Assembly (NCBI RefSeq): GCF_021028975.2
Contig: NC_059439.1
Coordinates: forward strand, 23,570,294 to 23,624,000
Direction of reading: 5' to 3'
Length of the DNA stretch: 53,707 bases
DNA from: Sphaerodactylus townsendi
Lineage: Eukaryota
In this document: in pieces, positions 1 through 12,147 of the stretch
Numbering within the stretch: position 1 is the first letter of the stretch
Layout of the letters: every line of letters begins with the position of its first letter
Translations under genes and position numbers: made by a program
The notes under the pieces: model-generated
The model's database searches: none
What the model saw: only the letters and a program-made list of their open reading frames with translations
Told to the model about the DNA's origin: nothing

Positions 1-774
1 GATCCTCAACTACACACCCCAATGTATTTCTTCCTTAGTAACTTATCCTTCCTTGACATCTGCTATTCCTCTGTCACAGTTCCCAAGATGCTTGAGAACC
101 TCCTTGCGACAAAGAAGACCATTTCTCTCAGTGGCTGCATTGCTCAAGTCTTCTTTTTTATTTTCATGGTTGGAACAGAGATTTTCCTGCTCTCAGCAAT
201 GGCATATGACCGTTATGTAGCCATATGTAACCCACTGAGGTACAGCACTGTCATCAGCCACCGTGTGTGTGTCCAGATGGTTGTGGGTGCCTGGGTATCT
301 GGTTTCTTGGATTCTCTGGTCAATACTCTCTTTTTAATTGGCTTGCATTTCTGTGGTTCCAGCTCCATTAACCATTTCAGCTGCGAGCTGCCTTTACTCT
401 TGCAGCTATCTTGCACGAGTACATTCTCCAACGAAATGGTGATTCTCACCTTCAGCATGACACTTGGGTTCGCCGCCCTCCTCCTCATTGTAGCTTCCTA
501 TGTTCGCATCATTAGCACCATTCTCAAGATCAGCTCCTCAGAAGGGAGGCAAAAGGCCTTCTCTACTTGTGCTTCCCACCTCACAGTGGTCCTCCTGTTT
601 TGCGGGACAGCTTTCATTAGGTACATGCGTCCTGCCTCAGGGTACTCAGATACTCTAGATAAGCTGGTGTCAATTCAGTATGGCATCCTCACCCCCATGT
701 TAAACCCCATCATATACAGCCTGAAAAATAAAGAGGTGAAGACAGCTCTAAGGAAATTAGCTCTAAGGAATTAA
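1..774 (+). CDS. Olfactory receptor, 5' end outside the window
   Basis: Frame 1 reads DPQLHTPMYFFLSNLS from base 1; motifs MAYDRYVAIC, KAFSTCASH, PMLNPIIYSLKN; stop at 772-774. N-terminus and TM1 lie upstream of the window. Confidence 0.95.
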   Translation, partial: DPQLHTPMYFFLSNLSFLDICYSSVTVPKMLENLLATKKTISLSGCIAQVFFFIFMVGTEIFLLSAMAYDRYVAICNPLRYSTVISHRVCVQMVVGAWVSGFLDSLVNTLFLIGLHFCGSSSINHFSCELPLLLQLSCTSTFSNEMVILTFSMTLGFAALLLIVASYVRIISTILKISSSEGRQKAFSTCASHLTVVLLFCGTAFIRYMRPASGYSDTLDKLVSIQYGILTPMLNPIIYSLKNKEVKTALRKLALRN

Positions 775-849
775 GCAATTGGCTGGGGTTAAAGTAACAT
801 ATTTCTTACCAACTTATTTCTTACTAGCATATTACTATCTTCTGTTTTG

Positions 850-1163
850 TGGAGGAGAAGTTGATCTATGGCTACCAATCTTGAAGTCTTCCAATCTAGA
901 AGTCGATCTATGGCTACCTATCTTCTGTTTTGTGGAGAAGTCGATCTATGGCTACCAATCTTGATCCTCCTTGATCTCAGATTGCAAATGCCTTAGCAGA
1001 CCAGGTGCTCAGGAGCAGCAGCAGCAGAAGGCCATTGCTTTCACATCCTGCACGTGAGCTCCCAAAGGCACCTGGTGGGCCACTGTGAGTAGCAGAGTGC
1101 TGGACTAGATGGACTCTGGTCTGATCCAGCAGGCTAGTTCTTATGTTCTTATGTTCTTATGTT
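850..1163 (+). mobile_element. CR1 LINE 3' fragment
   Basis: Near-identical to the 3' end of the RT-encoding CR1 at 26772-27000 (reverse complement); ends in a (TTCTTATG)n tail. Confidence 0.85.
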
Positions 1164-2019
1164 GGTTTAAAGAAGAAGATGGGTGGCACTATTCTTTTCT
1201 CTTTTTTAACAGGACTCCCTAGCAGCCTGCGGCAGCTTACTTTTGTCACTCACCATTGGTAGAAACCCCATGAATAAAAAAAATACTATATTTCTATTGC
1301 ATATTTATCCTACCCCTCACTCATCCAATGAGCTCAGGATATGGCACAAGACCCTCCTCTCTTCCATTTGACCCCAACATCAACTCTAGGAATTTGTTTA
1401 GATAGAGGAAAAGCAACGGGTCAAGATCATTCAATAGAGTTTTTTTTAAGCTATAAATTTCTGATTGGGTATATCCAGGTCTTCTGTCTGGGGTGACCAG
1501 AAGGACAATTTATAAAGGTAACATCGAACTGGAACTTCTTGCCCTGATACTCAATATACAGTGATAAATTGTAAGTCATCTTTCATGGCTTATGAAAAAA
1601 GAAAGGGGGAGACCCCTACAATCACCCCAAAAGACTTCTATGGGAATCAGGAAAACAGAATTGGCAAAATACATGGGATGTAGATTGTGGTAAGGATAAG
1701 GATTAGGTGAGATTGTTTGAAAAAGCTGGCTGGATTAACCTTTTTGTGTTTCTTTGTATGGACTGTGTAATTTTCTTCTCGTTATATCTACTTCCTATGT
1801 CATGTGGACTACCAAAGCATCGTCACAAGGATTAAATTTAGTTTATATACTACTTTTAGCAACAGAAGCATCATTTGTTCATGCCCTGGTGAAAACTGCC
1901 AGAATCAAACAAGAATTAAACAGATATTATACCCAATTCCCAATTAAGTCAGCTTTGATCGTCCAAGGGAATCCTTCATTTCTTTTTACCAGCAGACAGA
2001 CTGATTGGATCTAACCTCC

Positions 2020-2510
2020 TACCTTTGGGACCACATTACCCCATATGTCCCTACAATCTGCTGGTAGTCCCTGGCCCTTCAATAATGCGGCTGGCCTCCA
2101 CTCGGGCCAGGGCCTTTACAGCCCTGGCCCCTGCCTGGTGGAATACTCTTCCTCCAGCTGTCCGAGCCCTGCGGGATCTTGGTGAGTTCCGCAGGGCCTG
2201 TAAGACAAAGTTGTTCCACCGGGCTTTTGGAGTGTCCAGTCGCTGACAGGTGCCCCCTGCTCCCTCCTCCTCCTCTTCTTTTTATCTTTCTGGGTCCCTC
2301 ACCATTTGTGGGACCCGTTTTCTTCCCCCTTTTGGGAGGTTTTTAATTAGGGTTATTGCGGACATTGTTTTACTGATCGCTGCATTTTAAACTGTTTTAA
2401 TGTATTTAAGGGTTATTGTATATGCGATTTATGTTGTTCACCGCCCAGAGCCCTTCGGGGGTAGGGCGGTATAAAAAACCCAATAATAAATAAATAATAA
2501 TAAATAAATA
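2020..2510 (+). mobile_element. L2-type LINE 3' fragment
   Basis: ORF 2025-2246 RAFTALAPAWWNTLP...FRRACKTKLFHRAF resembles the L2 ORF2 C-terminus; (TAAA)n tail; TAACCTCC occurs on both sides as a possible target-site duplication (TSD). Confidence 0.75.
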
Positions 2511-3095
2511 ACCTCCAATCTGTCAAAAATGGAAGTATGGATTTGAATGGTTTCCCCACTGGTGCAGTTGCTGATAAAACACAGTGGTGACATGGCTTTC
2601 CATACTGGCAGGCTTCACTGCAGCATCCCTAAATCAAGCTCCCAGCAATGGCTACCCAATCCCCTCTACTGAACCAACAGAGCTTTTTTCATTTTTTAAC
2701 AGGCTTTAACAGGTTCTCTGAATTCCCAGCTTACAAGTGATGTCACAGTGCACACAACACCATTTCTCCACCCTCAAGGTCTCACTGGTTGACAGGCATG
2801 GCAACTGTATCAGCCACCCAGGCTGACAGGTTAACAGACTGTCCTCTCTCCATCAAACTGTCTCTCAGCTGCTGCCTTTTAAAAGAGAGATCGACTCAGT
2901 TCAAAATGGAACACCTTTTGAATGTTGCTTTCCTTTTATTATAATATTTCTTCCCCAACAGTGGTTCCTTTGTTTAAAGGAGAAGAACCTGATGTTGACT
3001 TGCAAAATGACTCTTTATTTTGTCAAATTGTTTCTCTTTCCTCAGTAAACGTATGTGGTAGGATGATGGCTCAACATGACATTTTGTTTCAAAAA

Positions 3096-3270
3096 NNNNN
3101 NNNNNNNNNNNNNNNNNNNNNNNNNNNNNNNNNNNNNNNNNNNNNNNNNNNNNNNNNNNNNNNNNNNNNNNNNNNNNNNNNNNNNNNNNNNNNNNNNNNN
3201 NNNNNNNNNNNNNNNNNNNNNNNNNNNNNNNNNNNNNNNNNNNNNNNNNNNNNNNNNNNNNNNNNNNNNN
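3096..3270. other. Assembly gap (175 N)
   Basis: Run of N. Confidence 1.
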
Positions 3271-4459
3271 CGGAGGGCTCTGGGCGGTGTACAGCATAAA
3301 ACAAAATAACAAAGAGAGCTCAATCAGAAAAAATTAATAGAAATATAGAACGGCTCTAACATTAAAATAACTAAACCCATTTTAAATGCAGCAATAAACT
3401 ATAGATAGCGTCCAACAGTCTAAAAACCCCACCTTTGGAGAGGGGAACGGTGGGTCCTATAGATGTAATAGGGACCACCTAAAGTAGGAGAAGAGGTATG
3501 ATTGCAATGCAAATTGCTTTGAGGTGTATGTAACACAAAAGTTGATGGACTTTGCTGCTAAAGCATTGCCATCTGAGGGTGGGACTGGCACTGCTCAGAC
3601 TGGCACTGCTCAGAGTTCCCAACCAAAATAACGACACAACACTCTTGTCTGTGGGTAAAAAATTTTGGCCATAGCTGAACCGTTTTATTGACAAAGAATA
3701 AAAAGAAGCGTGAGGCGCAGCATGGGATCTGATCTGAACACTGGGCAGCCCAACTGCTGTCCCCCAGTGAAAACTTTCCCCCAACCCACCTGTTGGAGGA
3801 AACCGTTAACCTTGCACAGCAACCATGGAACCCTGTTGGGTGGAGGCCACTTTCTGAGGATCCATTTTGCGCAGCACAGTGATAGTGGAACCCACGTGGG
3901 CACCCAGCCCCTGTCTGAAGATCCATTTTACCGCTAAGGGGTGCAAGCCTCAGTAACCTCTGGCTGGGTGTCCTGACCCACGCCTTGCTCCACCCCAAAC
4001 CTCTTAAGGAGGTGTCACCAAAGAGCGTTAGCTCTGCAGCTCCCCTCACCATCAGATCAGTTCCCATGCGCAACTGCTGGCTTGGCTATGAAATCATACA
4101 CATGCATTAACATTGTCCAAAGGGGAGAGGTGGGTTGGAAACTCGGCACCACTCTCCTCCAGGGAGGGGCTAAAGGCCGGGTCGAAGCCTCATATAGGCT
4201 CCCAGACAACCCTTCTGCTGACGTCCATAGTGGGCATGGCCACAGCCTGCCTTCGGCCCTTCTAAGGTGTCCATCCCGAGTATTGCCTACCCTGGGCAGC
4301 AATTGCTGGTCCCCCTGATTCAGGGCCACTCTTCATGTGTAAGAGAGATTGGGCCGGATGCAGCCAGCTTTTCTGCTATTGAAAAAAAAAGGTGAATACC
4401 CCTTTAACCATCCAAATACGCCTTTTTCCATCCATAGGACCTGAATGGACAAAAGCAGC

Positions 4460-4672
4460 TATAGTACGGAGAGGAACTGAATAACCAAGCTAGGGGCATC
4501 CAACCTATTCCAAAAGGAAATTAATGACCTAAAGGAATATCCAATATATTCTGAGAGAAAATTAATGATCCAGTTAGGTGTATCCAACATTCTGCGAGGA
4601 ATTAAATGACCAGGAGAAATATCCAACATATTTTGAGAGGAACTGAATGACTGAACCGGGTATATCCAACAC
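4460..4672. repeat. Degenerate ~40-bp minisatellite, about 5 units
   Basis: Recurring ATCCAAY..ATT....AGGAA.T.AATGAY at 39-43 bp spacing. Confidence 0.75.
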
Positions 4673-5371
4673 ATTGTATTATCTCATTTCTTAGATTAAA
4701 TCCTTTGCTGTCATTGTAACTTTATTAAAAATACAATTTTGGTAAAATCACTTTCAACATTACAAATTACACAACAATAGTTTAACAATAATTTTCAAGC
4801 ACTATTGCAGATGACAGGAGAAAATTTATTCAGTGCTGGTCTAATTTTTTCGGACAGGATAAACAGTCCTTTTAAATATCTGAAAACAGAAAGTCATAGA
4901 GACAGGCATCTATCCTTCACATCATCTTCCACCGGACAATCAAGAGGGTTGAAGGTTGGTAGTCTAATTCACATCTTAAAACAGCACATTTTATTTAAAA
5001 TGTCTTGAATCCAATTGCTGGACATGATAAATTCTTTTACATCCTCAATTATACATTTTAAGTGATGCTGCCTGTCAGAAACCTTTGGCAGCTTATAATG
5101 GTCATGGTAGCCACAATTTCTTCTTGTTTGCGTTAATATATTGGAACCAAAGCAGGGTTCCCTTCTTTCCCACAACCCCTGTTCTCCTCCTCTCTCTCCT
5201 CCCAACCTCACTTCCTATGCAGCTGGCCACCCTGGCAGTTGGTTGGTTAGACAGGTGACCTCCCACTCAGTCTGTCATTGTGTGATCCAACAGACATAAT
5301 CTCTCCCTTCCTTCTTCTCCCATCCCTGACTCTGTTTTAAAAAACCTCTGAGTTGTACTACAAAAGACTCT

Positions 5372-5511
5372 GGCTGATTCCGCATTGGCCAAAAACAGCA
5401 GTGTGAAAATGGTGTGAAAATGGTGTAAAAGAGTTTAAAATGGTATAAAAGGGTTTATACTGTTTTCACACCGTTTTCACACAGCTGTTTTTGGCCCATG
5501 CGGAATCAGCC
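5372..5511. mobile_element. Palindromic MITE, PIF/Harbinger-like (family B)
   Basis: Terminal inverted repeats (TIRs) GGCTGATTCCGCA/TGCGGAATCAGCC, 3-bp TSD TCT; related copies at 10265 and 52178. Confidence 0.8.
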
Positions 5512-6523
5512 TCTGAGAAATGTAAGTTGTCACTGTGCTTGATATTAAGATAACCTATATATTGAGACCTACACTTTTCAGGGTGAATTTAAGAGCTGCG
5601 CTCAATGCTACAGCACCCTCTAGTCTGCTATGGAGACTTGCCACCACTTTGGAATTGAGAGTACCTAGTGGGAACACCTTGTAACAGCTCTGTGAGGGGC
5701 CCTGTTTGCCTTGAAGTCAATGTGCGGGGGGAGGAAGGGGTTGCTGCTTTCTTCCCATGCTGTTCTTCTGAACTGAAATAAAACAGGGACATTATTTGCC
5801 CTGTTGAAGAGGCTTCATGATGTCCCCAGGAACAATATAGGGAGCTTCCCTTCCTCCCATGTTGTGAACCAAATTCGGATCTGGATCCTGCTGTTCTGTT
5901 GAAGTCTAAAATGGCACTGTCATGTGGTGGCCCTGGGTGTTGGGAAAGGCAAGGGAGAATGAGAGACAGGTTCCTTTTGCCCAACTCTCTGACAGTTTTC
6001 AGACTGGTCAGCTAGATGCCCTTGTAGCTGCTGCCCCCAGTCTCTGGCAATCCCATCACCCCCATGACTCCAGCACAGCAAACTGTGAGATTTGCTCACA
6101 CTTTCCATGAAGTCTGAACTTAGAATTGGCCTGAGAAACAAATAGGTATTTGCTGATCTTTTGACAAATAACACAGTTCTGTTTCCAGTTCTGGAGGGTC
6201 AAATCATCTCTCGTTTTCTGAACCTAACTGAATTATTTCCTAAGTGAATTATTTAAAACATTGCTTAACAAATACTGACACTCTTTTTGCTGCAATTATT
6301 TTGGAATAGACATTCATTCTTTTTTAAAAACAAACAAACAAACCTTTCCACACTTCTGCCCTTTACATCTGGGCAACCCCCCTATGGAGGGGTTTAGCCG
6401 TTCCCCCTTTTTGGGGGGGAGGGCTTGAAACATGGGTTTATTAGATGCCTTTTCTTGTATTAATGTATTGGATGCCTCTTCTTGTATTAATCACTGTTTT
6501 TAATGGAATTTTAGTAAATCTTA

Positions 6524-7050
6524 GGCCGTTTCTGCACGGAAGTTTCAGTACCTCATTGCCATGACAGGGAGTTCAATCGGAAACGTCTTCACTGCAAAGC
6601 TGTCGCGAACGAAGGCAACGGGAGGTCTGCAGATCGAAGGCAGAGGCTCCAAGCGCGGGAGCAGCCTCTCATGCTTTTCCCCGCCTTCACTTGGGGTGAA
6701 ATCCCCCTCGTGCAGCCTGCGGTCGCCCAGCCCAGGCCACGCTCCGACCCCACGGAGGCTCCGGAGGACGGTGTGGGTGGGCTGCTACGCCCGTAGGCGC
6801 ACAAGGAGGACACCGGCAGAATTAATGAAGCGTCTTCCGGTGGCGGCCCGGTTGCGCAGCGCCGCGGGAAGGCGATCCTCCCCAACAACAACCCTTTAAA
6901 GGGTTGTTGTTTAGAAGCGGCAATGCGACGCCACCCCTGGGAGAGGAGGAGGCATCAGTCGCCGCTGCTGCGTTGCAGCAGCGGGCGCTTCATGCTGGCG
7001 GGCGGCCTGAAACCTTTTTTGCGCCCAGGCGGTCATTGCAGAAACTGGCC
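6524..7050. mobile_element. GC-rich MITE, Harbinger-like, inserted in an L2 3'UTR fragment
   Basis: Termini GGCCGTTTCTGCA...TGCAGAAACTGGCC; flanks 6370-6520 and 7070-7230 resemble the L2 tail at 2300-2510; no matching TSD. Confidence 0.6.
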
Positions 7051-7289
7051 GATACGGCAATCACGGCCTTAATGATTTCATTTAAACGGGATGGAGCCTA
7101 TGTATATTGTTGTTGTGGATTTGTATGGTTTGCTCCCCTATTTAATATTGTATTGATTTTATGTTGTACACCGCCCGGAGCCCCTTGGGGATAGAGGCGG
7201 TATAGAAAAATCTAAATAATAAATAAATATATTGGTCGGCTAGCTTTCACGGTCAGATTATTAGTGTTGTATTTGGTTGGCTGGTTTAA

Positions 7290-7750
7290 TTTAGCATTCT
7301 TCTCCTGACGTTATTCTGTGGTCTAGGGTTGGTATTTTCTGATGTTGCTGCGGAGTATATATATATCTATTCACCCACCCTGGACACTCCAGCAGATATA
7401 TATACTCCACTTGCTTTCCCAACATCAGATCCTCTGAAGATGCCAGCCACAGATGCAGGCAAAACATCAGGAGAGAATGCTGCTAGAACATGGCCATACA
7501 GCCCAGAAACCACACAGCACCCAAATAAATCAATATGTTATTCGAGAAGGCTTTCCGGCGGAGAATCGCAGGTGCTATTGTGGTTTCCGGGCTGTATGGC
7601 CGTGTTCTAGCAGCATTCTCTCCTGACGTTTCACCTGCATCTGTGGCTGGCATCTTCAGAGGATCTGATGTTGGGAAAGCAAGTGGAGTATATATATATC
7701 TATTCACCCACCCTGGACACTCCAGCAGATATATATACTCCACTTGCTTT
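7290..7750. mobile_element. Penelope-like terminal repeats in alternating inverted orientation
   Basis: 7395-7525 (+) and 7578-7700 (-) are inverted copies; block 7352-7417 is repeated at 7686-7750; contains hammerhead cores. Confidence 0.75.
7621..7663 (-). ncRNA. Minimal type I hammerhead ribozyme motif (Penelope-associated)
   Basis: Minus strand reads UCCU-CUGAAGA-U-GCC agccacagaugca GGU-GAAA-C-GUC-AGGA: CUGANGA and GAAA core, GUC cleavage triplet, stem I UCCU/AGGA, palindromic ACGU stem III. Confidence 0.7.
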
Positions 7751-8217
7751 AACTATCAAATCTATTCAACGAAGCTCTCAGGAGAATATACTGCATGCAA
7801 TGAAAACCACAGCTTTTCATCATCAATAAATAAACAAATAAAAAGTGTTTTCTTTTGCTTATTACCAAACTTGTGTTCCCAGTATTTCTGTCTCCGCTCC
7901 TAGTGGCCAGGGACATTATCAACTTCAGCTCCATGTCTTTCAACTGTCACTGGGTGGGACCCAACTAGAGTTGGACCCAACAGCTCCATGTCTTTTTACT
8001 GTCACTGGGTGGGACCCAACTAGATTTTAGTATGGTGAAAAAGAAAGGTGCTCACTGTGAACCACTTTAAAAATATGCTAGGGATCAGGAGAGCTGTACT
8101 GAAAAAAAAGCCATGTAGCAAGGAGTAGAATTGGTGAGATGGGTTGCTAAAACTGGCAGAATCTCACCCATTAGGAAATCTCCATGCAAAAACAACGATG
8201 TAAAAAATCTACATAGC

Positions 8218-9153
8218 CTATAAAAAGAGTTTCTCTCCTAGAGTTCTTTTAAGGGATTCCCTGACTTCATAGTTCTTCAGAGAGTAGACAATAGGATTAA
8301 GCATAGGTGTCACAATCGTATAGAGCAGAGACAGCATTTTTTTAACTTCAGGTGAATAGCTGGATTTGGGTCTTAGATAGACGAGGCTCCCACTCCCATA
8401 AGACAAAGTCACCACAATGAGATGGGATGAGCAAGTAGAGAAGGCCTTGCTTCTACCCGCGGCTGTAGACATTTTGAGGATGGTGGTTAGGATATGGACA
8501 TAGGAGATCAAGATGAGCACAAAAGGGAACATCAGGAACACCAGCGTAGAGCCGATGGATTGCATCTCGTATTGGTAGGTGTCAGTACAGACTAGCATCA
8601 ATACCGGTGGTGCATCACAGAAGAAATGATTGACTTTGTTGTAACCACAAAAAGGTAGATTGAAGATCCAAGCTGATTGCAGCAGTGAGACCAGAATTCC
8701 AATCACCCAGACTCCACCCAGCAGCTTGTGGCAGAAGGTCCTGTTCATGACAGTGGCGTAGCGCAGGGGGTTGCAGATGGCAACATGGCGGTCATAGGAC
8801 ATGGCGGCTAAGAGGAAACATTCGGCACACCCAAAGTGGAAGAAGCAGTACATTTGAATGGCACAACCAACAAAGGAGATACTTTTGTTCTTCATCAGTA
8901 GGTTGAGCAGCATTTGGGGAACTGTGTCCAAAGTGAAGCAGATCTCAATGAAAGCCAGGTTTCTCAGAAAGAAGTACATGGGTGACTGGAGGGCAGGGTC
9001 CACCAAGGTGATGACAATAATGAGGATGTTCCCTGCCACCGTTGCAATGTACATTACCAAAAGAAGGGGGAACAGAAGCAGCTCTACATTTGGCATGCTG
9101 GAAAACCCAACAAGTATAAATTCAGTCATCACAGTTTGGTTTCTCCACTTCAT
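8218..9153 (-). CDS. Olfactory receptor (family 10-like), intact, 311 aa
   Basis: Start MKWRNQT (N-glycosylation site) at 9153, downstream of a pyrimidine-rich splice acceptor (AG at 9175-9174); LQSPMYFFLRNL, MSYDRHVAIC, KAFSTCSSH, PMLNPIVYSLKN. Confidence 0.93.
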   Translation of the reverse strand: MKWRNQTVMTEFILVGFSSMPNVELLLFPLLLVMYIATVAGNILIIVITLVDPALQSPMYFFLRNLAFIEICFTLDTVPQMLLNLLMKNKSISFVGCAIQMYCFFHFGCAECFLLAAMSYDRHVAICNPLRYATVMNRTFCHKLLGGVWVIGILVSLLQSAWIFNLPFCGYNKVNHFFCDAPPVLMLVCTDTYQYEMQSIGSTLVFLMFPFVLILISYVHILTTILKMSTAAGRSKAFSTCSSHLIVVTLSYGSGSLVYLRPKSSYSPEVKKMLSLLYTIVTPMLNPIVYSLKNYEVRESLKRTLGEKLFL

Positions 9154-10264
9154 TTTCTTTAAGACTATTTTTGCTAGAAGATAGAGTGAGAAGAAGGAGA
9201 GAAGAGAGGAGATAAGTTCTGAATACTGAGAGTGGGTTCCCCACCCCAATCTACCTCTTTATTGTTTCCTCTGCTTTGTGTGCAGTAACCACTCCTGATT
9301 ACTGATGTAGCCATGACCACTTCCATGGTGTTAAGTAGAGTCAGGCCTCTTAGAGGTTCAGAGGGACACAGGTTGCTGGTGAAACTTAACAAATGCCAAC
9401 TAATTACTAAGCATCTAAATCTGAAGCCTGCTTTGATCCCCGGAGTCCCATGCGGTTTCTCTCTGCCCCCCTCTGTATTTCTCTGATTAGCCTCCCAGTT
9501 TCTGAGTATTAAGCTGAGGTAGGGTGGCAAACCTTTGGTACCTCCAGATAGCAGGACAGCATCTCTACCAGTCTCACACTGGCTGCCAGTGGGCTGGGAT
9601 GGGAATTGTAGTCCATAACATCTGGAGTGCCAAAGGTTCGCCACCACGGGGTTAGGGTATGGGAGATGGGAGGAATACATTTAATTCTGTCATTGGAGGG
9701 TGCACAGTTTGTCTTAGCTCCAGAGAAACCCAGACTATTTCCAACTGTTAAGACACAGAGACATAGTATCAATGGGTTTTTAAGATCATACAAACATTGG
9801 CGAAACTTCAGAAATGGCAAAAAAAAGCATCTAAATGTGAAGCCTCCTTTGATTCTCCAGTCTGATGATTCTCCTGGCTGCTTATTTGAATGACCCCAGT
9901 TAGAGTGTTGGGCAAGGATATGAGAGATGTGTACAGATCGTCATTATTTTATGAACCTTGGGCAGTGACTGTCCCTGAGCCCATTCTACCTCACAGAGTT
10001 TTTGAAAGAATGAAATGTATGAAAAGAATGAAAAGAATGAATGAAACCCTGATCTCCTTAGGGGAACGAAATAAAAAAATGCACCAGAGAGAGAAGTAAA
10101 TTTCATTCTATCACTACAGGATGCACAGTTTGCCAGAGCTCTCAGTTCCCTCAACACGTTAATGCTTGCTATTTGTTTTTTTATTGATCAGTGCTTAAAT
10201 TTTATTGATATAATATTGCTTTGAGTTCATTTTTTTTTTGCATGATCGTATCCACGTTTTCATG

Positions 10265-10404
10265 GGCGGATTCCGCATGGGCCAAAAACAGTGGCGTGAA
10301 AACAGTGTGAAAACAGTGTAAACCCTTTTACACCGTTATAAACCATTTTATACCGGTTTCACACCAGTTTCACACTGCTGTTTTTGGCCTGTGCGGAATC
10401 TGCC
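10265..10404. mobile_element. Palindromic MITE, Harbinger-like (family B)
   Basis: GGCGGATTCCGCA...TGCGGAATCTGCC with TSD ATG. Confidence 0.8.
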
Positions 10405-10569
10405 ATGGTGTTTTCTGAGCAGACATAAGGGTTGTTCTCTAACTTGGGAAATTCCTGGAATTTGGAAGCAGTGCCTTAGAAGAGCAGAGTTTGGGGAGAG
10501 AACTCAATAGGAATGTGATGCTGTACAGTTCATTCTCCAAAGCTACCATTTCCTCCAGGGCTACATTCA

Positions 10570-10925
10570 AATCCAATAGCACATTACAAGTATAAGTTTG
10601 TGAGAGTCAAACTTTCCTTCGCCAGACAGAAGTAGGAATGAAGACCCCTGAGCCCTTATTTCCCAGTCAGAAGGGTGTTGCAAAGAAGGGATCCAGGATG
10701 AAAAAGTAGAATGCAAAATCTACTCAGAGAGCAGGGGAGAAATGTTTATGGGTAGAAAATTTGCATCTTTAGTGAGATAAGAATGGTATTTCCCTGTTCA
10801 GACTGGGGAGGAGGGGGTAGAGGTTCATTGTTTGAATTTGTGAATTAACTCAAGTTCCGCAAACTCATGTTGTAAACTCCCCTTGAAGCCTCTCTATTTG
10901 AGGACTGTCATTCTCAGGTCCTGGA
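10570..10925 (-). mobile_element. Penelope-like element fragment (end of GIY-YIG endonuclease and 3' repeat)
   Basis: Minus strand translates DLRMTVLK*RGFKG..QHEFAELELIHKFKTMN, resembling the Penelope endonuclease C-terminus; degenerate hammerhead-like sequence near 10590-10627. Confidence 0.6.
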
Positions 10926-12147
10926 AGATTAAATGTCCTGCTACTGGTTCTCTAATGTCATATATGTCATCAAGTGTCAGCAATATCCTTTTGCTCTCTA
11001 TTTTGGAAAAAATAACCAAGTCATTTTCTATGCAAAAGAATAATGGACATAACTCTGACACTAAAAATCACAACACTCAGAAACCATTCTTCAGATATAT
11101 GAACTCTGCCCTCATTTTGTGGAAGGGAGCCATTGAGGGCAATAAATATTTGGATCAGCTAGATTAAAAGGATTGGGTTATTTTATGTACTTTTCCTGAT
11201 TATTTAGTAACAATTATTAGAAAAAAGGTGAAAAGCGTTGATGTATGTGAGGGAAATTGCGGGCATAAGGGAATGAGGAAATTGAGAATCACCTGATGCA
11301 GATGCTACATCGTACTTGCTGTGGCAATGTCCACAAAGAGAAATTGCCCCTTGTGGAGGCAGCTTGAATATGTTTTATGGAAGGGGGTCTATTCACCTTT
11401 AAATAAATTCTAATGCAGACTTACTGTGTGGTAAGCTGAAATTATTGATATGTTAGAGCTCGTCATGTATCGCATCTTCTATAACACAGCGAAGAACACA
11501 GCCATACAGCCCGGAAACCACACAGCACCCCAGTGATTCCAGCTGTGAAAGCCTTCAACAATACATTGAAATTATTGAGTTGCCAGAAAAAACTGTTGGC
11601 CTGCATGAACAACTCCAAATGAGGTCTCCCATTCAAGGTCTCCCACACCTACCTTATCAATTTGGAAAGTGTTCATTCCAATGGTGATTACACAGTCTGT
11701 GTAAAACCAACTTCTTTCACTGTGATTGTTAGGAAAGTAATTTCCAAGCTTTTTAACAATGGCAAAAATAAAAACAATGAAATGCTACACAAGCATTGAA
11801 CTGCTGTTTCATAGAGAAAAAAAATTTTTTTTCCCATCCATCTGAAGTCCTGGGTTTGTCTGGATGGTGGCTTGGCTGCTATATTCAGTAGGAACTAAGT
11901 AAAATTCAGAGTGCGAGATCATCCTCTCACTTTCTAATTTTCTAATTAGAACTTTGTCTATGGTGTTTTAAAGAACAGAGTTTCATTGCATGAATCCCAA
12001 GTGGCTGGTGTATCATAAGGGAATATCTTCATTTCTTAGTAGAGCAAACAGGTCTGAAAGTTGCCCAGTTTCTACATCTACATTATCTCTTTCTTTTATC
12101 CATAATGACAATAGAGTTCAAACTAAAAAGCACCCAAGACCTCAGTC

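Noticed and set aside
2922-3323. Several ORFs with poly-X
   Set aside because: Artifacts of the N gap.
4460-4672. CRISPR-like repeat and spacer look
   Set aside because: Vertebrate DNA, degenerate repeats, variable part only ~10 nt, no cas genes.
9154-9249. 32-aa N-terminal extension of the 343-aa OR ORF
   Set aside because: Non-ATG start that runs through a polypyrimidine tract and splice acceptor; the real start is probably the ATG at 9153.
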